Origin: Candidatus Woesearchaeota archaeon | GTDB lineage: Archaea; Nanobdellota; Nanobdellia; Woesearchaeales; JACPBV01 | Assembly: GCA_016188175.1 (NCBI GenBank) | Contig: JACPII010000002.1 | Span: 55,379 to 87,378, forward strand | Direction: 5' to 3' | DNA: 32,000 nt | Part shown: piece after piece, positions 25,170-32,000 of the stretch | Layout: the number at the start of each line of letters is the position of its first letter | Numbering within the stretch: position 1 is the first letter of the stretch | Made by a program: the position numbers and the translations under genes | The notes under the pieces: model-generated | What the model was told of the DNA's origin: nothing | The model's input: the letters and a program-made list of their open reading frames with translations, nothing else | The model's database searches: none

Positions 25170-25228
25170 AACCTCTAAATGGGTTTTGAATCGTAGCAAG
25201 CTGCGGGGTATGAACCCATTTCGAGGAA

Positions 25229-25810
25229 TCAACTTTGAGGATTAATCTCCTCAAAATGAGCCTGAAACCCCTGATAAGCTGGTTTTTGGCAGAGAAGTTC
25301 AAAAAGCCCTTTCAATCTTTCCTGATATTCATGCGGAACTGGCCCAAAATCCCTTGAGGCACCCCTCAAATTAATTCTGTTGTCCTTTAAATCAAATTTG
25401 CCTCCGCCAATCCCCTTTATAGAAAACATTGTTCCATTTTGCTCAAGTCTTATTATCTTATGGGGGAGATTTCCAAACGCCATTTTTTCATATGGCCACG
25501 AGAAAGGGATTTCGATGATTCCTTTTAGGATTGGCAGTAATTCCTCCCTCAAAAAATTTTCACCAATGTCTTCATGCCCCATTGAAGAATAATCAAATCC
25601 TCTGAGATAAAGCCGGGAGAAATTTTGGTCACCCTCTGCTACGGCAACTTCTAGAAGCAAATACTTCCTTTCAGCACCCGTCCTTTTTAATGCCACCGGC
25701 CCCCTTGAAGTGAAATGCCTAAGCTCTTCGCCAGCATATTCTCTCGATGGGTCAAACCCCTCCCCCCTATCCAACCGATTGGCAAATTCTAAATTTTCTT
25801 CATTGAGCAC
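25229..25810 (-). CDS. Hypothetical protein, 193 aa, no recognisable motif
   Basis: Long ORF in a stretch that looks A+T-rich by eye, divergent from AbiEi, with structured 3' flank. No family assignment was possible by eye. Confidence 0.55.
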   Translation of the reverse strand: MLNEENLEFANRLDRGEGFDPSREYAGEELRHFTSRGPVALKRTGAERKYLLLEVAVAEGDQNFSRLYLRGFDYSSMGHEDIGENFLREELLPILKGIIEIPFSWPYEKMAFGNLPHKIIRLEQNGTMFSIKGIGGGKFDLKDNRINLRGASRDFGPVPHEYQERLKGLFELLCQKPAYQGFQAHFEEINPQS

Positions 25811-26036
25811 CTAGTCAAGAGTCTCAAGCTTTTGCTGGATTTCTTTTAACATTTTGATCAAGAAATGAGAGTTTCATAAGGTTTAATAATTTATCGAAAA
25901 CTGATGAGGGTGAAACAGGAAATGGAGAACCTAATGCTTGAGAATGATAATTAATGCCAAAACGGATGCATATTGTCAAAGTTGATGATGCTGATGCTGG
26001 CAGTTGTTCATTACCTGACACATCGAAACCCTTAAA

Positions 26037-26072
26037 TAGTAGTTTTCTTTAATATCAGTATAATAACTACTA
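26037..26072. promoter_or_regulatory. Inverted repeat TAGTAGTT-N20-AACTACTA spanning the AbiEi promoter (operator candidate)
   Basis: 8-bp perfect arms at 26037-26044 and 26065-26072. The TATA-like TATAATAA lies between and overlapping them, and the ATG is at 26086. Confidence 0.4.
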
Positions 26073-26085
26073 AATTATTAGAAAA

Positions 26086-26808
26086 ATGCAATTAAGCAAA
26101 CTTGAATCACAAGCCGACGAAGCGCTGAAGAAAAACAATCTTGCTATTTTCACGGCTAAAGACCTGATGCTGCTGCTTGGAATTAAACGGATGAAAGCAT
26201 ACAACCTCGCAAAAGCGCTCAAGCGGAAAGGCGCTGTCAATGCTGTAAAAGGCGGCATGTTTGCGTTGGCAGGCACCAATGAGCTTTCTTTTGGCCAGCA
26301 TCTTAACTGGCCTTCTTACCTGAGCTTTTGGTCTGCGTTGAGCTATTACGGATATTCAGACCAGATGCCTAGGACGCTCTTTTACGCATCAGTCAAATAC
26401 ATGAAAAAAAGAGCGAACTGCCAATTCGTTGCATTGTCCAATAAAAGATTCTTTGGCTACACCAGCATAGGGAGCATCACAATCGCAGAGAAAGAGAAAG
26501 CCTTCGTCGATTCATTGTTGTTTCCCAAATATGCCGGCGGCATGAATGAGATAAGCAGATGCCTGAAAAATGCATTGAAGGATATTGACATAAAAAAGAT
26601 GGCCAGCTATGCTGAAAAGGTGGGGAACAAAGCGGTGTTGCGCAGGCTTGGGTTTTTATTGGAAATTACCGGCATTGATAGCAGCCTCCTATCTGGATTA
26701 AAAAAGGGCATAGGCAGCGGATACGAGCGCATTGATCCCTCGCTTCCAAAAAGGAATCATTTTAATAAGGAATGGCTCCTGGACGTCAACGATGATATCG
26801 CTCACTGA
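26086..26808 (+). CDS. AbiEi-family antitoxin / wHTH transcriptional regulator
   Basis: The N-terminus (FTAKDLMLLLGIKRMKAYNLAKALKRKGAVNAVKGGMFAL) looks like a winged helix. The size and the 17-nt overlap with a downstream DUF1814 NTase gene are typical of AbiE modules. Confidence 0.7.
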   Translation: MQLSKLESQADEALKKNNLAIFTAKDLMLLLGIKRMKAYNLAKALKRKGAVNAVKGGMFALAGTNELSFGQHLNWPSYLSFWSALSYYGYSDQMPRTLFYASVKYMKKRANCQFVALSNKRFFGYTSIGSITIAEKEKAFVDSLLFPKYAGGMNEISRCLKNALKDIDIKKMASYAEKVGNKAVLRRLGFLLEITGIDSSLLSGLKKGIGSGYERIDPSLPKRNHFNKEWLLDVNDDIAH

Positions 26809-27538
26809 GCTTAGCGAGTTAAAGAACAGGCGGAAAACCAATCTTTATTACGAAGAGAAGGAATATCTCCAGTATATTTTCCTTCATGCATTATCAGGAT
26901 TTCCGAATAGGTTTGTATTTAAGGGAGGGACCTGCCTGAGGATATGCTATGGGCTTGAGCGGGCATCAGAAGACCTGGATTTCAGCACCACTGCCTCTTT
27001 GGCTGAAGTCAGAAAAATTGTTTCCCTATGCCTGAAGGATTTTGAACTGCTTAACATTAAACACGGGGTTTCCGGAGAAAAAGAGCATCAGGGAAATCTT
27101 CGGATAGAAGTGCGTTTTGAAGGCCCTTTATTTTCAGGAACTCAGGCATCAACAAACACCTTAAAGGTTGATTTTAATAAAACCCATGTTAAACAAAAAG
27201 TTGCAAAAGTTGTTCCCCAGATTTTCTCAGATATTCCAGCATTTACTATCTTTGCCATCGATGAAACGGAGATACTTGCAGAAAAGATAAGGGCTCTGGC
27301 GAACAGGAGCGAATCAAGAGACTTGTATGATGTGTGGATGCTGTTGAGCAAAGGTGTCATAATTGACAGAAAATTGCTGGATGCAAAGCTTAAGGAAGAG
27401 CATAGCAGCCTCAAAAATCTCAAGGTGCCCATCAAACAGGCATACGAGAGAGACCTGAAAGGCCTGCTGCTTTTCCTTCCGCCTTATGTACAAGTCAAGG
27501 AAGAAGTGCTTAATGGGATTTTGAAAGGTATAAATTAA
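26792..27538 (+). CDS. AbiEii/AbiGii-family nucleotidyltransferase toxin (DUF1814)
   Basis: FKGGTCLRICYGLERASEDLDF matches the family signature. The Met at 26792 is preferred to the track start at 26732. Confidence 0.75.
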   Translation: MISLTELSELKNRRKTNLYYEEKEYLQYIFLHALSGFPNRFVFKGGTCLRICYGLERASEDLDFSTTASLAEVRKIVSLCLKDFELLNIKHGVSGEKEHQGNLRIEVRFEGPLFSGTQASTNTLKVDFNKTHVKQKVAKVVPQIFSDIPAFTIFAIDETEILAEKIRALANRSESRDLYDVWMLLSKGVIIDRKLLDAKLKEEHSSLKNLKVPIKQAYERDLKGLLLFLPPYVQVKEEVLNGILKGIN

Positions 27539-27596
27539 GCCCGGTTGAGAGCGGCCCTGCCATCCTAAAGTCAAAATTCCATCTAGAAGAACCACC

Positions 27597-27760
27597 GTAT
27601 TTGTTTAGCATCCTCAGGTCGAAACTCCCTTGAGCCCACCTTGAGTCCGTCGCGGGGGTCGCCCTCCGTGCCAAAGGCACCGGAACTTTTCGCCTTCCCT
27701 TACGGGGACGCAGGACCTGCCAATCTTACGTCGAGAGTTTCGAAGATGCTAAACAAATAC
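27597..27760 (-). mobile_element. MITE-like non-autonomous element, copy 2 (164 bp), flanked by 8-bp target-site duplication GAACCACC
   Basis: Perfect 16-bp TIRs GTATTTGTTTAGCATC (27597-27612; rc at 27745-27760). GAACCACC occurs at 27589-27596 and 27761-27768. An inner stem TCGAAACTC/GAGTTTCGA is present. The core 27647-27714 is the reverse complement of 11888-11955 (66/68). Confidence 0.85.
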
Positions 27761-28411
27761 GAACCACCAGGGAAACATCCTTTTCCTCCCCAATTTGTTC
27801 AGCCGTGTCTCCATCTCAGAATGGTTTTCGAACAGCATCTCATCCCGCTTGAACGCTGGAGTATGATGGAAGCTCCTGCTTTTCCCCTTTACGAATTTGT
27901 GCTTCTTATGGAGCAGCTCATGATACAGGACATAGTCTAAAAGATCTCCATCCTGCCGGAGGGCAGTGCTTATCGTTACCGTATCGCTCCCATAATGGTA
28001 ATGGCCGAGGGTCCGAAAGCTGTGGCTGCCCCATTGCAGGTTCGGGATATCCAATGCTCCATGGAAATATTTCTCATTCAGGGCGGAAAACCGTTCTGCC
28101 AGAAAAGGGTCAACGTTTGTTTTAGGGGACGCAAGGTGTACCTTTTTCATAAAGATGGAATACAGCTCCATCTCAGGCGTTTGCGTAACAAGGGGCGTAA
28201 TCCTTTTCCGCAACAGCTTGGCCAACAGCTCCTGCACAAGCCCGATCTGTATCTCTTTGCTTACTGTCCTCCAATCCCGGGAAAGGTTGAACTGGACATG
28301 CTTTCCCTCCATCCGGATATTCGCGTTGAACGCCTTAAATTTCCCAGAATAAGAAAGTGAAGCGGTGTAGGGAAAATTGGCATACAGCCCATTGATTGCT
28401 TCCTGAAGCAT
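27749..28411 (-). CDS. SprT-like / DUF45-type zinc metalloprotease; C-terminus supplied by the MITE
   Basis: YVLYHELLHKKHKF (HExxH) preceded by WGSHSFRTLGHY. The last three sense codons and the stop (GTA TTT GTT TAG) lie inside the element TIR. Confidence 0.6.
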   Translation of the reverse strand: MLQEAINGLYANFPYTASLSYSGKFKAFNANIRMEGKHVQFNLSRDWRTVSKEIQIGLVQELLAKLLRKRITPLVTQTPEMELYSIFMKKVHLASPKTNVDPFLAERFSALNEKYFHGALDIPNLQWGSHSFRTLGHYHYGSDTVTISTALRQDGDLLDYVLYHELLHKKHKFVKGKSRSFHHTPAFKRDEMLFENHSEMETRLNKLGRKRMFPWWFVFV

Positions 28412-28467
28412 GAGACAAGCACCCCAAAAGTTCCTCTGAAAAACACCCTCGGAAAATTCTCCGTTGC

Positions 28468-29571
28468 CTAGCCGCTCTGGACTTGATAGCGGAGTATTCC
28501 CGCAATCTTTCCAATATCCCTCAATTGGACACCCTCCCTTGTTTCGGTTGAGATAAGCACAACGTTCGTCCCCATCTTTCCCGCCTCCTGCTCAAAAAGG
28601 TCAATCTTCTCCTCGGAAAGCTCATCGGAAAGCAGCAATGTGTCGACGGCACCCTGCTGGAGCCTGGAGAGGACCTCAGCCTCGCCATAACTCGCCATCT
28701 GGGGGTTCTTTGCAAGCAGATCAAGAAATTTTGTCACTATCTTCTTTTCTGCCATTATTTCCTCATTCGCAAGAAGGTCATCCGACCGGTCGACCAATTC
28801 CTGCAGCCCGAATTCCCCCGTATAGCCCAGATCCTTGATGCCGATGATCTTCTTCCTAAGCTCGTTCGTGATAAAGCCCCCATCGACAAACTCATATTTT
28901 GTCGGACCCGGCCCCCCAACGATGATGCCTTTCAGGTCTGCATTCCCAAGAAACTGGGATTTGACATACTCGGCAACTTTTTTGAAATGCTCTTTTGCGG
29001 CACCCTCGATCAGGCGATGGAAACGTTGGGAAGATTGTCCTCCGGCCTTGAATTTCCCCGGGACTTCAGAATGTGTCTTTACCAAGGGCACGATAGTTTT
29101 CCCTTTCAGGAGCGCGATCTGCGCATCCCTCCGGTCCAAAACCACAAGCCCATACACCTCACGCTCATCGAGCATCTCCTTCAACAGGTCTAAAACAAAC
29201 TCTTTATCGCAGCGGTAGATCCTCGTCTTTAACGGGATAGGAGGCTCAATGCTCCACACCCGGTAATCCTGCTTTCCCTGCTGTGCAGCAACATTCCCCG
29301 AGAACGCAGCAAGCCCATGTTCCGGCGTTCCATTGAACAGCCGCAGATGCTGTATCATCCTTTCTAAAGCATCGATGACATTTTTCCGTGTCGCAGAATC
29401 CTTGATATTGGTCGCAGTCCCGGCTTCCTGCTGCAGGTGCTGGATGATCTTGACAATTTCATACCCTTGAGGGATATAGACCGTGACCAGCTCGGTATGC
29501 CTCCCTTGATATTGGTCCAGCTCCTTGATAAATTTCTTCAGCTTGTGCTTCTGCTGCTCGGTAAGGCTCAT
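28468..29571 (-). CDS. prf1: Peptide chain release factor aRF1
   Basis: TATNIKD (NIKS-type motif), GGQSSQRF (GGQ) and the YxCxxxF-region equivalent (IYRCDKEF). TTTATATAA lies about 25 nt upstream of the ATG. Confidence 0.9.
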   Translation of the reverse strand: MSLTEQQKHKLKKFIKELDQYQGRHTELVTVYIPQGYEIVKIIQHLQQEAGTATNIKDSATRKNVIDALERMIQHLRLFNGTPEHGLAAFSGNVAAQQGKQDYRVWSIEPPIPLKTRIYRCDKEFVLDLLKEMLDEREVYGLVVLDRRDAQIALLKGKTIVPLVKTHSEVPGKFKAGGQSSQRFHRLIEGAAKEHFKKVAEYVKSQFLGNADLKGIIVGGPGPTKYEFVDGGFITNELRKKIIGIKDLGYTGEFGLQELVDRSDDLLANEEIMAEKKIVTKFLDLLAKNPQMASYGEAEVLSRLQQGAVDTLLLSDELSEEKIDLFEQEAGKMGTNVVLISTETREGVQLRDIGKIAGILRYQVQSG

Positions 29572-29834
29572 AAGGGAAAAGGTCTGACGGGCATTATATA
29601 AAGGTTATGAGGCTAGTGCTCTGGCAAATTGATTATTCAACATTTCTATTGTCGACAATTATGTATGAAAACTAATATGTCAGGAAACAAGGTGATGAAG
29701 CAGAGGTATCCCCTGGATCTGCATTTCCCAAGAACCCCCATCCATGGGAAGCCCATAATTTCCGCCTTGCGATAGATTTAAAAAGTGGCAATAAACCCAC
29801 TGTCTTGCATAAAAAGGATGTGATAATTCCCTGT

Positions 29835-29939
29835 GGGGCTATGGGGTAGCTTGGACTCATCCTTTCTGGTTTGGGACCAGAAGACCCCGGTTCAAAAGCC
29901 TTTACCGGAAGGTGGGGGCGGAATATCCGGGTAGCCCCA
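29835..29939 (+). tRNA. tRNA-Pro (anticodon UGG) with a 29-nt intron in the T-loop
   Basis: Acceptor GGGGCTA/TAGCCCC plus discriminator A; U8; G10-U25 D-stem with A14, G18, G19, A21. Anticodon stem TCTGG/CCAGA with loop TT-TGG-GA (U33, G37). T-stem CCCGG (29886-29890)/CCGGG (29927-29931). The loop TTCAA... is interrupted by about 29 nt (about 29897-29925). No encoded CCA. Confidence 0.7.
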
Positions 29940-29978
29940 CTTCAGATGATTGCAGCGCATCGATAAGCATATTCAACC

Positions 29979-30272
29979 ATGGTACAAACAATAAAAGCGA
30001 TGAAGCGTTTTGGGTCCCGGTATGGGCGAAAGCTCAAAGAGCGCTTTGGCGAGATCGAGCGTGAGCAGCGAAAAAAGCAGCTTTGCCCCTTCTGCAGGGC
30101 GCCTCAGGTCAAGAGGGTCGCTTTAGGGATATGGAACTGCAGGAAATGCAATGTAAAGTTTACCGGCAAAGCCTATTCCGTTGAAAAAAGGATTTCTTTC
30201 AAAAAACAGCCCGAGGAAAGCAGGCAGGAGCTGCAGGAAGAAGAACAGGCCCAAGAGGCAGCGGCGTTATAG
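29979..30272 (+). CDS. rpl37ae: Ribosomal protein eL43 (L37Ae)
   Basis: GSRYGRKLK...CPFC...WNCRKCNVKFTGKAY zinc ribbon, with an acidic C-terminal tail. Confidence 0.9.
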   Translation: MVQTIKAMKRFGSRYGRKLKERFGEIEREQRKKQLCPFCRAPQVKRVALGIWNCRKCNVKFTGKAYSVEKRISFKKQPEESRQELQEEEQAQEAAAL

Positions 30273-30281
30273 GAGGACGAA

Positions 30282-30419
30282 ATGGCAGAATACAAATGTT
30301 TTTCATGCGAAAAGAAAGTTTCTCCGGATTACCTGAAAAAAAAAGTGCGCTGCCCCTATTGCGGCAGCAAAATTCTGTATAAGCCAAGGACTCAGACGAC
30401 GAAAGTGAAGGCGCGCTGA
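30282..30419 (+). CDS. rpoP: DNA-directed RNA polymerase subunit P (Rpo12)
   Basis: Below the ORF-track cutoff. Manual translation gives MAEYKCFSCEKKVSPDYLKKKVRCPYCGSKILYKPRTQTTKVKAR (CxxC...CxxC). AGGAGG lies 6 nt upstream. Confidence 0.85.
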   Translation: MAEYKCFSCEKKVSPDYLKKKVRCPYCGSKILYKPRTQTTKVKAR

Positions 30420-30421
30420 GC

Positions 30422-30754
30422 ATGGCAGAGCCATCTCCAGAGATCGAAAAAAAGATCCAGGAGCTCCAGCTCACCGAACAGCGCATCCACACCCTCCTCA
30501 TGCAGAAGCAGCAGTTCCAGGGGCAATTGATGGAGACCGAGACTGCCCTTAAAGAGGTCGAGAAGAGCAGGGAATCATTTAAGATCATCGGCAGCATCAT
30601 GGTTGCAGCATCCTCAGAGGATCTCAAGAAAGACCTCAGGCAGAAGAACGAGGTCCTTGCTCTGCGCATCAAAACCCTTGAGAAGCAGGAATCAGCCATC
30701 AAGGAACGGACAAAAAAGATGCAGGAAGAAGTGATGAAGCATCTTAAGGAGTGA
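30422..30754 (+). CDS. pfdB: Prefoldin beta subunit
   Basis: 110 aa, coiled-coil / beta-hairpin / coiled-coil pattern (IQELQ...KIIGSIMV...ALRIKTLEKQ). Confidence 0.85.
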   Translation: MAEPSPEIEKKIQELQLTEQRIHTLLMQKQQFQGQLMETETALKEVEKSRESFKIIGSIMVAASSEDLKKDLRQKNEVLALRIKTLEKQESAIKERTKKMQEEVMKHLKE

Positions 30755-30761
30755 ACTTGTA

Positions 30762-31031
30762 ATGATGGAACAGCCGCACGGCCAGCAACAGCTCATCGGA
30801 GAAGCAGTTGATGCCCTCAAAGAGCTTGAAGGTGACGGCAATACAGCTAAAAACATCAAGGTAAAGATTCAGGAGATCATTTCTGTCCTCCAAAAAAACG
30901 GGGATTCGTTCAAGGCGGTAAAGGCATTGGACGGGCTTGAGGAGCTCACCAACAACCCTAACCTCGATCAGCAGATCAGGACACAGCTTTGGAATGTTGC
31001 GTCGATCCTGGAAAAGTCTAACGGCCAATAG
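30762..31031 (+). CDS. UPF0147-family conserved archaeal protein
   Basis: 89 aa, with AKNIKVKIQEIISVL...LDGLEELTNNPNLDQQIRTQLWNVASILE resembling the UPF0147 pattern. Confidence 0.6.
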   Translation: MMEQPHGQQQLIGEAVDALKELEGDGNTAKNIKVKIQEIISVLQKNGDSFKAVKALDGLEELTNNPNLDQQIRTQLWNVASILEKSNGQ

Positions 31032-31320
31032 CGCTCTTTTCTAATACTAAATATTCCCCCTCATTCATCTTTCCTAAAAGAAATTCAAGCTGGAGCTGCT
31101 TTAAGGGCGTATTGATTGTTGAAAGCTCGATCAGGACAACATTCTCTTTAGCCGCCGCACTCACCTCTCCTTTTATGCCCTCTACATAGTTCCTCCCCCA
31201 GTTCATCGTTAATGTCCCAACAATAAGGGCAAACCCGATGAGCATAAAGGTTGCAACCAGCGGCGTTAACCCCCTTTTCCCGCAGAAAATTCCCCCTCCC
31301 GAAAATAGCCCGACGGTCAT
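31018..31320 (-). CDS. Type IV pilin-like protein with class III signal peptide
   Basis: KRG-LTPLVATFMLIGFALIVG is a prepilin-peptidase-type site followed by a hydrophobic helix. The Met at 31320 overlaps the upstream stop (ATGA). Confidence 0.6.
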   Translation of the reverse strand: MTVGLFSGGGIFCGKRGLTPLVATFMLIGFALIVGTLTMNWGRNYVEGIKGEVSAAAKENVVLIELSTINTPLKQLQLEFLLGKMNEGEYLVLEKSAIGR

Positions 31321-31616
31321 TTTCTGACGTACTCCCGCTGCAGGAGCAGCAGATAGATGAACAACGAGATGATGGCCATCTCCAGCACAGGGAACCAAAG
31401 CGCGGAAACATCGATGACGCCTGCCTGTTCAACGATGGTTATCGTCTGCTCTCCGATGTAGACCAGAAGGGCAGCAAAAAGCAGCTTCCAGGGCTTCAGA
31501 TACACTTTCTTCGGGTTGAGCAAAAATAGGCGGATAAAGAGTATTACCACAACCACTACGAGAGCAAGGTTATAGAATGGTGCAACCCTCCCTAAACAGT
31601 ACCCAAGTACGGCCAT
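31317..31616 (-). CDS. Small 3-TM membrane protein (paralogue of the upstream gene)
   Basis: The Met at 31616 was chosen because it sits immediately after the upstream stop. It shares the layout and the K/RPW...F...E motif with 31618..31908. Confidence 0.5.
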   Translation of the reverse strand: MAVLGYCLGRVAPFYNLALVVVVVILFIRLFLLNPKKVYLKPWKLLFAALLVYIGEQTITIVEQAGVIDVSALWFPVLEMAIISLFIYLLLLQREYVRK

Positions 31617-31617
31617 G

Positions 31618-31908
31618 CTACCTCTTCCCCCCGAGATGGATCTGAGACACCAATGCCATGATGAGCAGCCCAAGGATGATCGCAGGATTGATGTGGGTCA
31701 AAAAAGGGCTCTCAAAGATTTTGAATGCGCGAAGCGCCCCGAGGATTTCCTGGACAGCGAAGAACACCAGCCCAAAGATAAGGAAAAGCCATGGCCTCAA
31801 CTCTTTTCTCCTGTGGGAAACCTTCACAAGGCTTAACGCAACAAACCCAGCTACAAGAGCAAGAACCAGATTCCCTATTTTAAGGATACCTTCCAGATAC
31901 TCGACCAA
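31618..31908 (-). CDS. Small 3-TM membrane protein
   Basis: TTG start with GAGGTG 7 nt upstream; hydrophobic helices; first gene of a three-gene - strand operon ending in the pilin-like gene. Confidence 0.5.
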   Translation of the reverse strand: MVEYLEGILKIGNLVLALVAGFVALSLVKVSHRRKELRPWLFLIFGLVFFAVQEILGALRAFKIFESPFLTHINPAIILGLLIMALVSQIHLGGKR

Positions 31909-32000
31909 GGCAGCACCTCTTTTCTCTTTTATCCGTGGGGGTACTATAAAAATGTTTTGGAGCCTCCAGACACCCCCGGAAGCAAGATCAAAATTTCCTC

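Noticed and set aside
25148-25211. Mini-CRISPR (17-nt repeat, 30-nt spacer, 2 copies)
   Set aside because: There are only two copies, the repeat is too short, one copy is half of a terminator hairpin, and there are no cas genes. It is better explained as terminator or 3' UTR structure.
25824-26021. 65-aa - strand ORF in the AbiEi divergent region
   Set aside because: Low-complexity translation, no RBS or TATA at a sensible distance, and it lies in an AT-rich control region. It is kept only as part of the island finding.
28468-29571. aRF1 NIKD instead of NIKS as a hint of stop-codon reassignment
   Set aside because: TAA, TAG and TGA all terminate well-supported genes in this window (srp54 TAA, thrS TAG, rpoP TGA). 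The 367-aa length is within the range of archaeal aRF1.

Overview
Archaeal chromosomal window, about 50 genes, probably from an uncultivated lineage. The evidence is an archaeal histone, aIF5A with the hypusine motif, aRF1, ribosomal proteins eL40 and eL43, RpoP, prefoldin beta, SRP54, an archaeal-type ThrRS with the N-terminal editing domain, and BRE/TATA boxes about 25 nt upstream of many ATGs (leaderless mRNAs). Core metabolism: sucC (partial) plus a four-subunit 2-oxoacid:ferredoxin oxidoreductase operon (delta-alpha-beta-gamma), nadC-nadB, a PfkB kinase, pcm, ppsA, a polyprenol-kinase-like gene and a DUF212 lipid gene. Accessory content sits between the housekeeping blocks. (1) A toxin-antitoxin cluster lies between thrS and srp54; its MNT-containing two-gene cassette is bracketed by a 26-bp duplication of the thrS 3' end that re-encodes the last 9 ThrRS residues. 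(2) Two copies (275 bp and 164 bp, opposite orientations) of a previously unrecognisable MITE-like element each have terminal inverted repeats and a perfect 8-bp target-site duplication. They share a 68-nt GC-rich hairpin-rich core (66/68 identical) although their ends have diverged. One copy sits in the nadC/nurA promoter region; the other has rewritten the C-terminus of a SprT-like protease gene. (3) An island that looks A+T-rich by eye lies between the histone and aRF1 genes, with AbiEi/AbiEii and an unassignable 193-aa protein. (4) A 604-aa membrane-anchored protein (also A+T-rich by eye) with a Tiki/ChaN/TraB-like C-terminal domain lies between two M50 site-2 proteases. Also notable: a tRNA-Pro(UGG) interrupted by a 29-nt intron in the T-loop (non-canonical position, bulge-helix-bulge can be drawn), a perfect 3 x 23-bp tandem repeat of a BRE/TATA-like unit abutting the kor operon start codon, and three genes missing from the ORF track (sucC fragment, rpl40e, rpoP). 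No CRISPR array, rRNA, transposase or integrase gene was seen. All family assignments come from motif recognition by eye; no database search was run.
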